Assembly (NCBI GenBank): GCA_029215975.1
Contig: JAEMVD010000002.1
Location: forward strand, 27,235 to 91,234
DNA: 64,000 nt
From: Sulfurimonas sp. SAG-AH-194-C20
GTDB lineage: Bacteria > Campylobacterota > Campylobacteria > Campylobacterales > Sulfurimonadaceae
Direction of reading: 5' to 3'
How positions within the stretch are numbered: the first letter of the stretch is position 1; the number at the start of each line of letters is the position of its first letter. The translations under genes were made by a program, and so were the position numbers. The notes beneath the pieces are model-generated. The model did not search any database and was not told the DNA's origin. It saw nothing but the letters and a program-made list of their open reading frames with translations. This document shows positions 31,131-40,853 of this stretch, one piece after another.

Positions 31131-32033
31131 TTATCTTGCTATAACTTTATCTCTGCCTGACTCTTTAGCTTTATAAAGAAGAATGTCAACCCTTTTTATG
31201 AGAGTACTCATTTCCTCATTTGGAACATACTCTGTAACTCCAAAACTAGCAGTTATAGCGAGCTCTTTGTTTGTAAAAGGAGTGCTTTTGATAAGTTTTT
31301 GCAATTTTTCTGCAATATATATAGCAACTTCTAAGTTTGCAGCAGCGATAAAAATAAAAAATTCTTCACCACCAAAGCGAATGAAGGAATCATTATCTCG
31401 AATAGAGTTTTGAGTTAGCTTGGAAATCTCAATAAGAACATCATCACCAACATCGTGACCGTAAGTGTCATTGACTTTTTTAAAGTAATCGATATCAAGC
31501 ATAATCAATGAAAAAGGTTCACTATATGCTTTTACCCTCGATGTAAGTTGATAAAACTTATCTTCTGCCCCATACCGATTGTAAGCACCAGTGAGAGGGT
31601 CAATAACATTACGCAACTCACTCTCGCTGAGCTCATTTGTTAAAGTTTTTTGTGTACGATCAACATTTTGTAGATAAACTAGAAGGTTTTTGAGTTGATG
31701 GAGGTAGCTTTTATAGGTAAAAAGAGAGATGATATTATGCTCTTTTAGAGTGCTTGAAAGATGGTCATAATCTTCAAGGTGAGAGATAAGAATAACGGGA
31801 GTACCGCTACTTTCTATATCGTTATGAAGATTCTCTAAGAGTTCTAATATTTCTATGCTATCAAGGCTTATATAAATAAGAATAAGGTCAGCATGATTAT
31901 CCATAAGATACTCTAGTGCTTCTTCTTTTGTAATTGTATATATTATGTTTATATCCAAGCACTGAAGCTCAGAGGATAACTCTTGATGATAGAGTTGAGA
32001 ATTATCAAATGTTAGTAAGTTATATTGTTTCAT
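31131..32033 (-). CDS. Diguanylate cyclase with degenerate receiver-like N-domain
   Basis: DPLTGAYNR, RDND I-site, RFGGEEF. Confidence 0.9.
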   Translation of the reverse strand: MKQYNLLTFDNSQLYHQELSSELQCLDINIIYTITKEEALEYLMDNHADLILIYISLDSIEILELLENLHNDIESSGTPVILISHLEDYDHLSSTLKEHNIISLFTYKSYLHQLKNLLVYLQNVDRTQKTLTNELSESELRNVIDPLTGAYNRYGAEDKFYQLTSRVKAYSEPFSLIMLDIDYFKKVNDTYGHDVGDDVLIEISKLTQNSIRDNDSFIRFGGEEFFIFIAAANLEVAIYIAEKLQKLIKSTPFTNKELAITASFGVTEYVPNEEMSTLIKRVDILLYKAKESGRDKVIAR

Positions 32034-32052
32034 GCACTAACTCTACAAAGAA

Positions 32053-32820
32053 TTAGCTTTTAGAATCTTTAAGCTTAGTCTCTTGAATCATTTCATAAGC
32101 TTGATTTATCTCCTGAGTCTTTCTTGTAGCCTCTTGCATATAAGCCTCATCTTTACCTTGAGAAGCGATGATGTCTGGATGGTATTGTCTTACTAGTTTT
32201 CTATAAGCTTTTTTGACAACTTTTATGTCATCAGCTTTATTTACACCTAATATTTTATATGCATCTTCAATATTTGCTTTTGGAGATACATTTTTCATCA
32301 TCTGCTCAAACTGATCAAAGATAGCATGATAAGCATCAGGATTAAACTCTAAAGCCTCTGCTATTGTTTGTAAAGCATCTTCTTCCTCGCTTGAACACTC
32401 ACCGTCTATAAACGCGAGTTGAATTAAAAAGCCCATAAACTGTTGGAGTTTTGCTCGGTCGCGTTTGATAGCACTTGCTAAGCGATGTGCGATGTCTTGT
32501 GTATCATCACTTCTATCTTTTTCTTGGTTAAATATATCTTTGAGTATCTGTTTTGTCTTCTCAGGTTGGGGAAAAACTGCTGAGATGTCATCAAACATTA
32601 TGCCGATAAGTTGTGCTTCAAGAGCATCAACTCTCCCATCTGCTTTAGCAACTTTAGCTACAAGGGCTACAAAGAGTCCTAGTTCGCTATTTTTTAATGA
32701 CTCATGAGAGACAGAGAAATTTTCAAAAGCTTTTTTTGAGTAGTTTTCATACTTTGAGTAACTTTTAAATACAGAGTATAAAATATAGCCGATGACTGCA
32801 AGAACGATGAGGTTGAACAT
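32053..32820 (-). CDS. djlA: DjlA-like co-chaperone (TM + TerB + J domain)
   Basis: AKVAKADGRV, AYKILG, YHPD, EINQAYE. Confidence 0.88.
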   Translation of the reverse strand: MFNLIVLAVIGYILYSVFKSYSKYENYSKKAFENFSVSHESLKNSELGLFVALVAKVAKADGRVDALEAQLIGIMFDDISAVFPQPEKTKQILKDIFNQEKDRSDDTQDIAHRLASAIKRDRAKLQQFMGFLIQLAFIDGECSSEEEDALQTIAEALEFNPDAYHAIFDQFEQMMKNVSPKANIEDAYKILGVNKADDIKVVKKAYRKLVRQYHPDIIASQGKDEAYMQEATRKTQEINQAYEMIQETKLKDSKS

Positions 32821-32886
32821 AAATATCCTTTTGATTTTGTTTATTATAAAGAAGAGAAGTTAATAGATGGGTATAATTACATTTAT

Positions 32887-32980
32887 TAAGAACCAACAGT
32901 TCAATGCAGGGAGGCACTAAATGCCGAGTCGTATAAGAACCAACAGTTCAATGCAGGGAGGCACTAAATGCCGAGTCGTA
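32887..32980 (+). repeat. Perfect 47-bp tandem direct repeat x2 (TAAGAACCAACAGTTCAATGCAGGGAGGCACTAAATGCCGAGTCGTA)
   Basis: Copies at 32887-32933 and 32934-32980, no spacer. Confidence 0.95.
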
Positions 32981-33864
32981 ATTACTTCGAAAATATGAAT
33001 AAGGGTGTTAAGTATATGCTTGTCGCCTCTTTTACCTTTGCTATTATGGGTGCTTTTGCTAAACTAGCTAGCGAGAGTGTCTCCTCTTTAGAAGTAGTGT
33101 TTTTTAGAAATTTAGCAGGTGTTGTCATCATAGGTTTTGCGATTTTGAAAAATCCGATGACACATAAAGGTGGTAAACCTTTTTTACTTTTTTTTAGAGG
33201 TTTTATAGGATTTTTAGCGCTCCTTGCTTTTTTTTACAATATTGCCCATATATCACTTGGAGATGCAATGACTTACTCAAAAACAAGCCCTATATTTACA
33301 GCTGTATTTGCCTTTGTTTTTTTACAAGAGAAGTTGAATTATAAGACTTGGGTAGCTATTTCTGTAGGATTTATTGGTATCGTATTTATCACACAACCGA
33401 GTTCTCTTGGTTTGAGTAAATATGATTTATTAGGGATATTCTCAGGAGTGGGGGCAGCACTTGCATATACTTCTGTGCGCGAGTTGAAAAACTATTATGA
33501 TACAAGGGCAATAGTGCTTTCCTTTATGTTAAGTGGAACAGTTGGACCAATAATTCTATTTCTCATTTATCCTTACTTCAATGCTCCAGAACTTGACTTT
33601 TTACTAAGTGATTTCATCCTGCCAAAGGGAATAATATGGTTTTATTTAACAGCAATGGGAATCTTTGCAACAATTTCTCAAGTGTTAATGACTAAGGCTT
33701 ATGGAGAAACTAAGGCTGGTATCATTGGAGCTGTAAGTTATAGTAACATTTTGTTTTCTATTATAGTGGGTATGATATTGGGTGATTCCTTCCCCTCTGT
33801 CAGTACAAATTTTGGTATTTTTCTTATAGTTTTCGCTGGCATAATGGTAGCAAAAGCAAAATAA
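32968..33864 (+). CDS. DMT/EamA family transporter (alternative start 32995)
   Basis: About 10 TM; EVVFFRN, SPIFTAVFAFVFLQEK, QVLMTKAY. Confidence 0.92.
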   Translation: MPSRNYFENMNKGVKYMLVASFTFAIMGAFAKLASESVSSLEVVFFRNLAGVVIIGFAILKNPMTHKGGKPFLLFFRGFIGFLALLAFFYNIAHISLGDAMTYSKTSPIFTAVFAFVFLQEKLNYKTWVAISVGFIGIVFITQPSSLGLSKYDLLGIFSGVGAALAYTSVRELKNYYDTRAIVLSFMLSGTVGPIILFLIYPYFNAPELDFLLSDFILPKGIIWFYLTAMGIFATISQVLMTKAYGETKAGIIGAVSYSNILFSIIVGMILGDSFPSVSTNFGIFLIVFAGIMVAKAK

Positions 33865-33878
33865 GCTATAATAAGCTT
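33845..33878 (+). repeat. 34-bp direct repeat, left copy
   Basis: TGGTAGCAAAAGCAAAATAAGCTATAATAAGCTT; matches 36247-36280 with 2 mismatches. Confidence 0.9.
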
Positions 33879-33891
33879 TATAAGGAAAACA

Positions 33892-35253
33892 ATGAAAAAA
33901 TCACTCATAACCCTAATTCTTTTGACACTTTTTATCACTGCTTGTGGTAGTGCCAAACTCTCACCCGATCAGAAAAGTATGATACATAATCGTGATTTAC
34001 TTTATACTATTGTCCCTATGTGGGAAGAGAAAGACAGGATATATGGTACAAATTATAAAATAGGAACATTAATTCCTATTAATAGCTCTGTTAGAGTTAT
34101 CGCGGCAAATAATAAGGCGATAGTTTTTGAATATAACGGCAAAAAAAAGACTTATTATATTATGCAAAATCACTCTCGTGTTGACACATCTGCAACATTA
34201 GCAAGAACTTTTTCAAGAACACCAGTACAGCTTAATGTATACACTAAAGAAATGCAAATAAATATAATAAGAGGAAACCTTACAAATAATATGACAAAAG
34301 ATCAAGTTATCTTTGCCCGAGGTTATCCCCCATTTCATAGAACACCTTCTCTGACACAAAATAGTTGGAAGTACTGGAATACAAAACATGGCACACAAAC
34401 AATACAATTTACTAATGGAGTTTTAGGTGGTATAGGGATGCCTTATTCAAGTCTACCAGTTGCGCTTACTCAGGTGCAAAACCCAATAATTAATACAAAA
34501 CTTCCATATAATTTTACCAAAACAAATATATCGCAGCCAGATTCATTTGTTCTTGCAATCGGTATAAATAAGTACCAAGAAAATCCTGATGTTGCATATG
34601 CAGATAAATCAGCTCTTGCATTTGCTGAGTTAGCAAAGACAACTATGGGTGTGCCAAAAGAAAACATAATTACACTAACAAATGAGCAAGCAACTTCAGG
34701 GCAACTAAAAGCTAAAATGGAGCTTATAAAGGAACTCTCAGATAGTAGAGGAAATCTCTATATTTATTTTGCAGGACATGGTGTTCCCGGTAAAGATGGA
34801 GCAACATATATTCTTCCATATGATATGAATGCAGATACTATTCATCTAGAACCAAACCTTAGACTCGATAAAATTTATGCAAAACTGGCCAAATTGGATG
34901 TTAAAAAAGTATTTGTAATTATGGATACTTGTTTTAGTGGTAAAGATGATGATGGATCACTTCTTTATAAAGGTGTAGCTCCTGTCCTTAAAAGTAAAAA
35001 AGTTAAAGTTACCAGTAGCAAACTCACTGTTCTTACAGCTGGAAAGTCAACAGACTTTGCAAATGATTTTGAGTCTAAACAGCAAAGAATGTTCACGTAC
35101 TATCTCATAGATGAATTATCAAAAGGTAAAAGTAATATTAGTGAAATCTATCCAGAGATTCAGTCAAGAGTGAAGCGTTCATCTCTGATGAAAGGACTTG
35201 GCTATAAACAAATTCCACAGAAATATGGAAATACATCTCAAAAGTTTTATTAA
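33892..35253 (+). CDS. Lipoprotein with C-terminal caspase-like (peptidase C14) domain
   Basis: Lipobox ITAC; VLAIGINKY, YFAGHG (His), MDTCFSG (Cys), FTYYL, QIP. Confidence 0.88.
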   Translation: MKKSLITLILLTLFITACGSAKLSPDQKSMIHNRDLLYTIVPMWEEKDRIYGTNYKIGTLIPINSSVRVIAANNKAIVFEYNGKKKTYYIMQNHSRVDTSATLARTFSRTPVQLNVYTKEMQINIIRGNLTNNMTKDQVIFARGYPPFHRTPSLTQNSWKYWNTKHGTQTIQFTNGVLGGIGMPYSSLPVALTQVQNPIINTKLPYNFTKTNISQPDSFVLAIGINKYQENPDVAYADKSALAFAELAKTTMGVPKENIITLTNEQATSGQLKAKMELIKELSDSRGNLYIYFAGHGVPGKDGATYILPYDMNADTIHLEPNLRLDKIYAKLAKLDVKKVFVIMDTCFSGKDDDGSLLYKGVAPVLKSKKVKVTSSKLTVLTAGKSTDFANDFESKQQRMFTYYLIDELSKGKSNISEIYPEIQSRVKRSSLMKGLGYKQIPQKYGNTSQKFY

Positions 35254-35255
35254 AT

Positions 35256-36215
35256 ATGAAAAATATATTTTTAATTTGGCTGTTAGTACCATTTTTAGGT
35301 TATGCTTCTCCAAACTGGATGTTCAAAATAGAACATGAAAAAAGTATAGTTATTGGGTATGGTGTTGGTGTTTCACTTAAAGAAGCCAAACAGAGTGCAA
35401 TGTCTGATATAACAAATTTTCTCTCAGTTGAAATAAACTCAGATATGGCAATTTCCTCAAGTGATGTCAATGGAATTGCTAGTAATAGTTCATATGCAAA
35501 ACTCAGAACTAGTTCTCAAGCACAACTTAGTGGAATAGAGTTTATTAAGATAAAACAAGAAGGAAATCTTTGGTATATCGCTGCTCAATATGATAATACC
35601 CCTTTTAGTGTAAAGTTTGCTAAACTAATAGGGATAGTTAGTAAAAATGAAGTACAAAATAAATATCTTAAAAATACAGCACTCTTTTCTTCTTTAAATA
35701 AAGAGATGGAGTGCAATCTAAACTATTCACTTATTAGGCAAGATAATCTATGGCAAATAAAGTATAAAAAATCAATTATTCCTCTGAACCAAAAAGAGTT
35801 TTATAAACTTTTTTCAAGTGAGCATAATGAAATTATTTATCTGAGTGCAAATAAAAAAGTCTATAAAGAACAGGATGAAATGTACTTTAATATACAGCAT
35901 AAAAAACCTGGATTTATTTCTATCGTTTATGTTGAACATAATGGAAAAGTAGGTGTTCTTCTTGATAACATTCCTTCTAGAGGTGATTTTAAATATCCAG
36001 ATATAAAAGACGAAGATGTATTTAAAGTTTCTAATCCCTATAGAAAGACTGTTAAAGAACTTTATGTTGCAATATATTCACAAAAAAGTTTAAATCTTCA
36101 AGAATTTGAAAATATTGGGGACTCGCAACTCGATGAGAGCAGTTATAACTTTGATAAACTTGTCAAACTTTTAGATAAGAATGATTTTTCTAGTTATATT
36201 GTTAAAATTAAATAA
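35256..36215 (+). CDS. Exported LPP20-like protein with DUF4384-like C-terminal domain
   Basis: Signal peptide; PNW, GYGVG..LKEAKQSAMSDI...VEINS; KKVYKEQDEMYFNI...GFISIVYVEHNGKV...ELYVAI. Confidence 0.7.
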   Translation: MKNIFLIWLLVPFLGYASPNWMFKIEHEKSIVIGYGVGVSLKEAKQSAMSDITNFLSVEINSDMAISSSDVNGIASNSSYAKLRTSSQAQLSGIEFIKIKQEGNLWYIAAQYDNTPFSVKFAKLIGIVSKNEVQNKYLKNTALFSSLNKEMECNLNYSLIRQDNLWQIKYKKSIIPLNQKEFYKLFSSEHNEIIYLSANKKVYKEQDEMYFNIQHKKPGFISIVYVEHNGKVGVLLDNIPSRGDFKYPDIKDEDVFKVSNPYRKTVKELYVAIYSQKSLNLQEFENIGDSQLDESSYNFDKLVKLLDKNDFSSYIVKIK

Positions 36216-36246
36216 AAACTGTATAGTGCCTTTATCTTTGAATATG

Positions 36247-36280
36247 TGGCAGCAAAAGTAAAATAAGCTATAATAAGCTT
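36247..36280 (+). repeat. 34-bp direct repeat, right copy (contains likely kdsA -10 box)
   Basis: TGGCAGCAAAAGTAAAATAAGCTATAATAAGCTT. Confidence 0.9.
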
Positions 36281-36308
36281 AACAAAAATTTTAAACTAAG
36301 AAGAAAAT

Positions 36309-37100
36309 ATGAAGCTTTTATCAGGACCTTGTGTAATCGAGAGTGAAGAGAATATCTTTAAAATTGCTAAAGAGTTAGAACGGTATCATAATGATGAGAC
36401 AATAGACTTCTACTTTAAAGCGAGTTTTGACAAAGCAAACCGTACCTCCTTAGAGTCTTTTCGTGGACTTGGTATGGAAGAGGGTTTGAGAATACTCCAA
36501 AAAGTAAAAGATGACTTTGGCTATAAAATAGTAACCGATGTTCATGAATCTACTCAGGTAAACGCAGTCGCAGAAGTGGTAGATATGCTACAAATTCCTG
36601 CATTTTTGTGTCGTCAAACAGACTTGCTTGTAGCTTGTGCAAAAACATCTTGTGAGATAAATATTAAAAAAGGGCAGTTTCTCTCCGCTGATGCGATGAA
36701 GTACCCACTTCTAAAGGTACTACAAACTCGTGGGTGTAGTGAGCCAACTTATGCAAACGCACTCAAACATGGAGTCTATCTGTGTGAACGCGGAAATAGT
36801 TTTGGTTATGGAAATATGGTTGTAGATATGAGAAACCTTGTCATCATGCGAGAGTTTGCACCAGTTATATTTGATGCAACACACTCAGTCCAGATGCCAA
36901 CAGCAGAGAATGGAAAAACGGGTGGAGACAGCTCGATGGTTCCTCATCTTGCTAAGGCAGCAGCAGCCATTGGTGTGGATGGTTTCTTTTTTGAGACACA
37001 CTTTGACCCAAGTGTAGCTTTGAGTGATGGACCAAATATGTTAAAATTGCAAGACTTAGAAAAACTAATACAAAAAATACAAAAAATTCAAGAGATATAA
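36309..37100 (+). CDS. kdsA: KDO-8-phosphate synthase
   Basis: [42 protein letters not shown]. Confidence 0.98.
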   Translation: MKLLSGPCVIESEENIFKIAKELERYHNDETIDFYFKASFDKANRTSLESFRGLGMEEGLRILQKVKDDFGYKIVTDVHESTQVNAVAEVVDMLQIPAFLCRQTDLLVACAKTSCEINIKKGQFLSADAMKYPLLKVLQTRGCSEPTYANALKHGVYLCERGNSFGYGNMVVDMRNLVIMREFAPVIFDATHSVQMPTAENGKTGGDSSMVPHLAKAAAAIGVDGFFFETHFDPSVALSDGPNMLKLQDLEKLIQKIQKIQEI

Positions 37101-37110
37101 GGAAAAATAG

Positions 37111-37575
37111 ATGAAGTTAATTGAAGGTAAATTAAGAGTACTTAATGGAAAGAAGATTGCAATAGTAAGTACAAGATGGAACCATTTTATAGTAGATAGA
37201 CTAGTTGAGGGTGCAACTGATGCATTTGATCGTCATGGTGGAAATGAAGAAGACATAACTCAGGTTATCGTTCCAGGTGCATTTGAACTTCCTATGATAG
37301 TTGATCAACTACTATCAAGTGGAAAGTATGACGCTGTTTGTGCTTTAGGTGCTGTTATCCGTGGGGCAACTCCTCACTTTGACTACATCTCAGCAGAGGC
37401 TACTAAGGGTATCGCGACTATGAGCCTTAAGTACCAAAAACCAGTAAGTTTTGGACTTCTTACAACCGACACTATCGAGCAAGCCATAGAACGTGCTGGG
37501 ACAAAAGCTGGAAACAAAGGTTTTGAAGCGATGACTACGGTTATAGAGATGTTAAACCTATATGAGGAACTATAA
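37111..37575 (+). CDS. ribH: 6,7-dimethyl-8-ribityllumazine synthase
   Basis: [28 protein letters not shown]. Confidence 0.98.
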   Translation: MKLIEGKLRVLNGKKIAIVSTRWNHFIVDRLVEGATDAFDRHGGNEEDITQVIVPGAFELPMIVDQLLSSGKYDAVCALGAVIRGATPHFDYISAEATKGIATMSLKYQKPVSFGLLTTDTIEQAIERAGTKAGNKGFEAMTTVIEMLNLYEEL

Positions 37576-37973
37576 TGGCAACTAGACATCACGCTCGTAT
37601 GGCTGTTGTAAGCCTTTTATATGCCTTTGATTTAGGAAATGGTAACACAGCTGAGCATACAGATGAAATACTCGAAGAGAAGAAAATCCGTAACAAACAA
37701 AAAGATTTTGCACTTGATTTATACAGTGGTGTTATGAGTAATCTTGATGCTTGTGATGCAAAAATCATTGAGAATCTTAAAGACTGGGATTTCCAAAGAC
37801 TTGGAAGCATCGAGCGTGCGACTCTACGTTTAGCAGCTTTTGAGATACTTTTTGGCGATTTAGATTCTGCTGTGGTTATCAATGAAGCGGTAGAAATCAC
37901 CAAAGCTTTTGGAACAGAGCAGTCACCTAAGTTTATAAATGGTGTATTAGACGCTATTAGCAAGTCTAAGTAA
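37575..37973 (+). CDS. nusB: Transcription antitermination factor NusB
   Basis: RHHARMA, INEAVEITK, FINGVLD. Confidence 0.97.
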   Translation: MATRHHARMAVVSLLYAFDLGNGNTAEHTDEILEEKKIRNKQKDFALDLYSGVMSNLDACDAKIIENLKDWDFQRLGSIERATLRLAAFEILFGDLDSAVVINEAVEITKAFGTEQSPKFINGVLDAISKSK

Positions 37974-37977
37974 TTTA

Positions 37978-40407
37978 ATGCAAAAGTTACTATTTTTAGC
38001 ACTCTTTTTTACAGTTTCACTTTCTGCTGAGATTGATTATACGAAAAAAAATAACTGTCTAAATTGTCATAGTGGTATTGAGCATATTCGTGAAGAGAGC
38101 TCTAAAATGAGTAAAGCGATTGCCACTAAAGCAAAAGAGGCTGGTTATGCTGAAAATAGTTGTATTATCTGTCATGGCGGAAATCCTGCTACAAGACATA
38201 AAAGTAAGGCACACAAAGGTACGATAGAGTACTTTAAAAGTCATGCTGGACCAAAAGAGTACTATCCTGCACCTGCAAGTTCTTGGATAAACGAGAACAC
38301 TTGTGGTGTTTGTCATCCAGTTCAAGTAAAAAATCAGATGAACTCTTTAATGATGACAGAACAAGGAAAAATCCAAGGGGCGATGTGGTCTTTTGGTGCC
38401 AAAGAGGGTTATAAACACATAAATGGTAACTACAAAACACATAATCCTCGTGATCCAATGTCTCGTTCGGGAACTAAAACTTATCGCGAGTACATGGAAA
38501 AACTCGCAAAGATGGAACCTCAAGCTTTTCCAGCGAAGATGCAAGAACTTCCAAAAGCTCCAACACTAAAAGAAGTAACTGCTGATCCATCTTTAGCTGT
38601 TTTTACATATCTTCGCCAAGAGTGTTTGCGTTGTCATACAGGAAGTAAAGGTCGCTCAAAACGTGGTGACTTTAGAGGAATAGGATGTGCATCCTGTCAT
38701 GTACCTTACTCAAATGAAGGTTTTTATGAGGGAAATGATCAGTCTATAGATAAAAAATCCCCAGGACATATGCTCTCTCATCAGATACAGTCTTCTCGCA
38801 AGGTTAAAGTAAATATCCATGATGTGAAATACTCGGGTGTTCCTGTTGAGACATGCTCAACCTGCCATAACCGTGGTAAACGCATAGGTGTCTCTTACCA
38901 AGGGCTTATGGAGACTTCATATAACGCTACTTTTGATAAAGATGGAAACGGACAGCCAAAACTGCATACTAAACGCTACTTACACATGAAAGAAGATATT
39001 CACTATCAAAAAGGGATGTTGTGTCAAGATTGCCACACTTCAAATGACTTGCATGGTGATGGTTTTTTAGGTGGAGCAAATTTAGCAGCTGTTGAGATAG
39101 AGTGTCAAGATTGTCACGGAACTACCAAAGCATATCCTTGGGAGTTACCTATTGGTTACTCTGATGAGTTTTCTAAAGAGAGAAGTCAAGGTAAAGCTCG
39201 TGGTGTTACTGGGGACTTAGCTGAGTATCTAAAACAAGGTTATGTTCCTGCTGATAAGGGTGATGGATATATCTTAACAGCACGCGGAAATCCACTTCCT
39301 AAAGCTGTTAAAAAGGGCAACAAAATCATAATGCACTTGGCTAGTGGAAAAGATATAGAACTTAAACCACTAAAGCTTTTAAAAGAAGAAAAAAGACTCT
39401 CTAAAAAAGCACTGATTGCTATGGATGTTGTGACTGCACACACCGAAGAGTTGGAGTGTTACACTTGTCATGCTACTTGGGCACCTCAATGCTATGGTTG
39501 TCATGTAAAGATAGACTATAGTGGTGGAAAAACAAATGTCGATTATTTAAAAGCTTCTCACGATCAAGATATTCACGGAACTACTGGTGGCATGCGAGAC
39601 TTAAAAAAATATCTTATACCGGGAAAAGTGACTGAAACTCGTTCATATTTACGTTGGGAAGACCCTGCATTAGCTCAAAATGGTGAGGGTCGTATAACTC
39701 CTGTTATACCTGGATGTCAAACAACCATTACGGTTATTGGTGAAGATGGAAAAGCACTGCTTCAAAACCATATATTTAAAGTGAAAAATGTAGAAGGAGC
39801 TGGAGAAGAGGGACAAAATGCTATAGATATGTCACCTGTTCAGCCTCATACCATTTCTAAAGAGGCACGTAACTGTGAGTCTTGTCATGTCTCAGATAAG
39901 GCTTTAGGACTTGGTGTCGGCGGTGGAAAACTCAACGCAGACTGGTCTAAAACAACTATTATAGATTTGATGAGTCCAGATAGAAAAATTCTACCAAGAA
40001 AAACAGATGAGCAGATACCAGGGATTCCAAATCTCAAACATGATTACTCACAGTTTGTAGATGAAAATGGTACTCAGCTTATGACAGTAGGACATCACTT
40101 TAAGCTTTCACAAGCACTAGACAAAGAGCAAAGAGCAAAACTTGACCGTCGCGGTGTTTGTCTCTCTTGTCATATAGATATACCAGAGGGAAATTTAGCG
40201 GTTAGTGCTATGACACACATAGCCGAGATGGCGGAGATAGAGATAGATAACAAAGAACATAAAAATATTTTAAATAAAATTTTAAATATTGGTGCAGCTA
40301 CACAGATTGTCATAGGAATATTTGTTTTACTAGTGTTTATCTATCTTGTATATACTCTTTTCATTAAGAAAAAACTGATTAACCCAAGAAACAGAGGATG
40401 GAAATAA
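37978..40407 (+). CDS. Multiheme c-type cytochrome (12 CxxCH), C-terminal TM anchor
   Basis: Signal peptide; CLNCH, CIICH, CGVCH, CLRCH, CASCH, CSTCH, CQDCH x2, CYTCH, CYGCH, CESCH, CLSCH. Confidence 0.92.
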   Translation: MQKLLFLALFFTVSLSAEIDYTKKNNCLNCHSGIEHIREESSKMSKAIATKAKEAGYAENSCIICHGGNPATRHKSKAHKGTIEYFKSHAGPKEYYPAPASSWINENTCGVCHPVQVKNQMNSLMMTEQGKIQGAMWSFGAKEGYKHINGNYKTHNPRDPMSRSGTKTYREYMEKLAKMEPQAFPAKMQELPKAPTLKEVTADPSLAVFTYLRQECLRCHTGSKGRSKRGDFRGIGCASCHVPYSNEGFYEGNDQSIDKKSPGHMLSHQIQSSRKVKVNIHDVKYSGVPVETCSTCHNRGKRIGVSYQGLMETSYNATFDKDGNGQPKLHTKRYLHMKEDIHYQKGMLCQDCHTSNDLHGDGFLGGANLAAVEIECQDCHGTTKAYPWELPIGYSDEFSKERSQGKARGVTGDLAEYLKQGYVPADKGDGYILTARGNPLPKAVKKGNKIIMHLASGKDIELKPLKLLKEEKRLSKKALIAMDVVTAHTEELECYTCHATWAPQCYGCHVKIDYSGGKTNVDYLKASHDQDIHGTTGGMRDLKKYLIPGKVTETRSYLRWEDPALAQNGEGRITPVIPGCQTTITVIGEDGKALLQNHIFKVKNVEGAGEEGQNAIDMSPVQPHTISKEARNCESCHVSDKALGLGVGGGKLNADWSKTTIIDLMSPDRKILPRKTDEQIPGIPNLKHDYSQFVDENGTQLMTVGHHFKLSQALDKEQRAKLDRRGVCLSCHIDIPEGNLAVSAMTHIAEMAEIEIDNKEHKNILNKILNIGAATQIVIGIFVLLVFIYLVYTLFIKKKLINPRNRGWK

Positions 40408-40409
40408 TT

Positions 40410-40853
40410 ATGAAAAAAATCGCACTACTATTAACAATAGTTTTAAGTCTTACTGCAAATGACATTATAGTAAAAGAGTCGTGTACTGATGTTAGTACAA
40501 CAGCAAATAATATCAAAAATATTGTAAGCTCCAAAGGCTTAAGTGTATTTGCAATAATTAACCACAGTGGTAATGCAAAAATGGTTGATATGAAGCTTAA
40601 TGAGTCAAAGATGATAGTTTTTGGAAACCCAAAACTTGGAACTGCTTTGATGCAACAAGATATGACTGTTGGACTTGACTTACCACTTAGAATACTTGTT
40701 TATAAAGATACAGATGGCAAAGTGAAAATGGCATACAGAGATGGCTCTTGGTTAGCATCTAAGCATATACTTAATGCACCAAAAAAAGAAAAAAAGATAA
40801 ACAAAGCAATGGCAATGTTTGTGAGTAAAGCGGGACAATGTTCAAAAGATTAA
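40410..40853 (+). CDS. DUF302 family exported protein
   Basis: GLSVFAIINH, VFGNPKLGT, GLDLPLRILV. Confidence 0.85.
   Translation: MKKIALLLTIVLSLTANDIIVKESCTDVSTTANNIKNIVSSKGLSVFAIINHSGNAKMVDMKLNESKMIVFGNPKLGTALMQQDMTVGLDLPLRILVYKDTDGKVKMAYRDGSWLASKHILNAPKKEKKINKAMAMFVSKAGQCSKD

Noticed and set aside
32887-32980. 47-bp repeat as a mini-CRISPR array or guanidine-II riboswitch
   Set aside because: Copies abut with no spacer and there are no cas genes; hairpin loops are CTAAA, not ACGR
26553-36280. One large integrative element or prophage covering both LPP20 clusters
   Set aside because: No integrase, tRNA site or phage genes; direct repeats enclose only the caspase pair; PRT, djlA and DMT look like ordinary chromosomal genes
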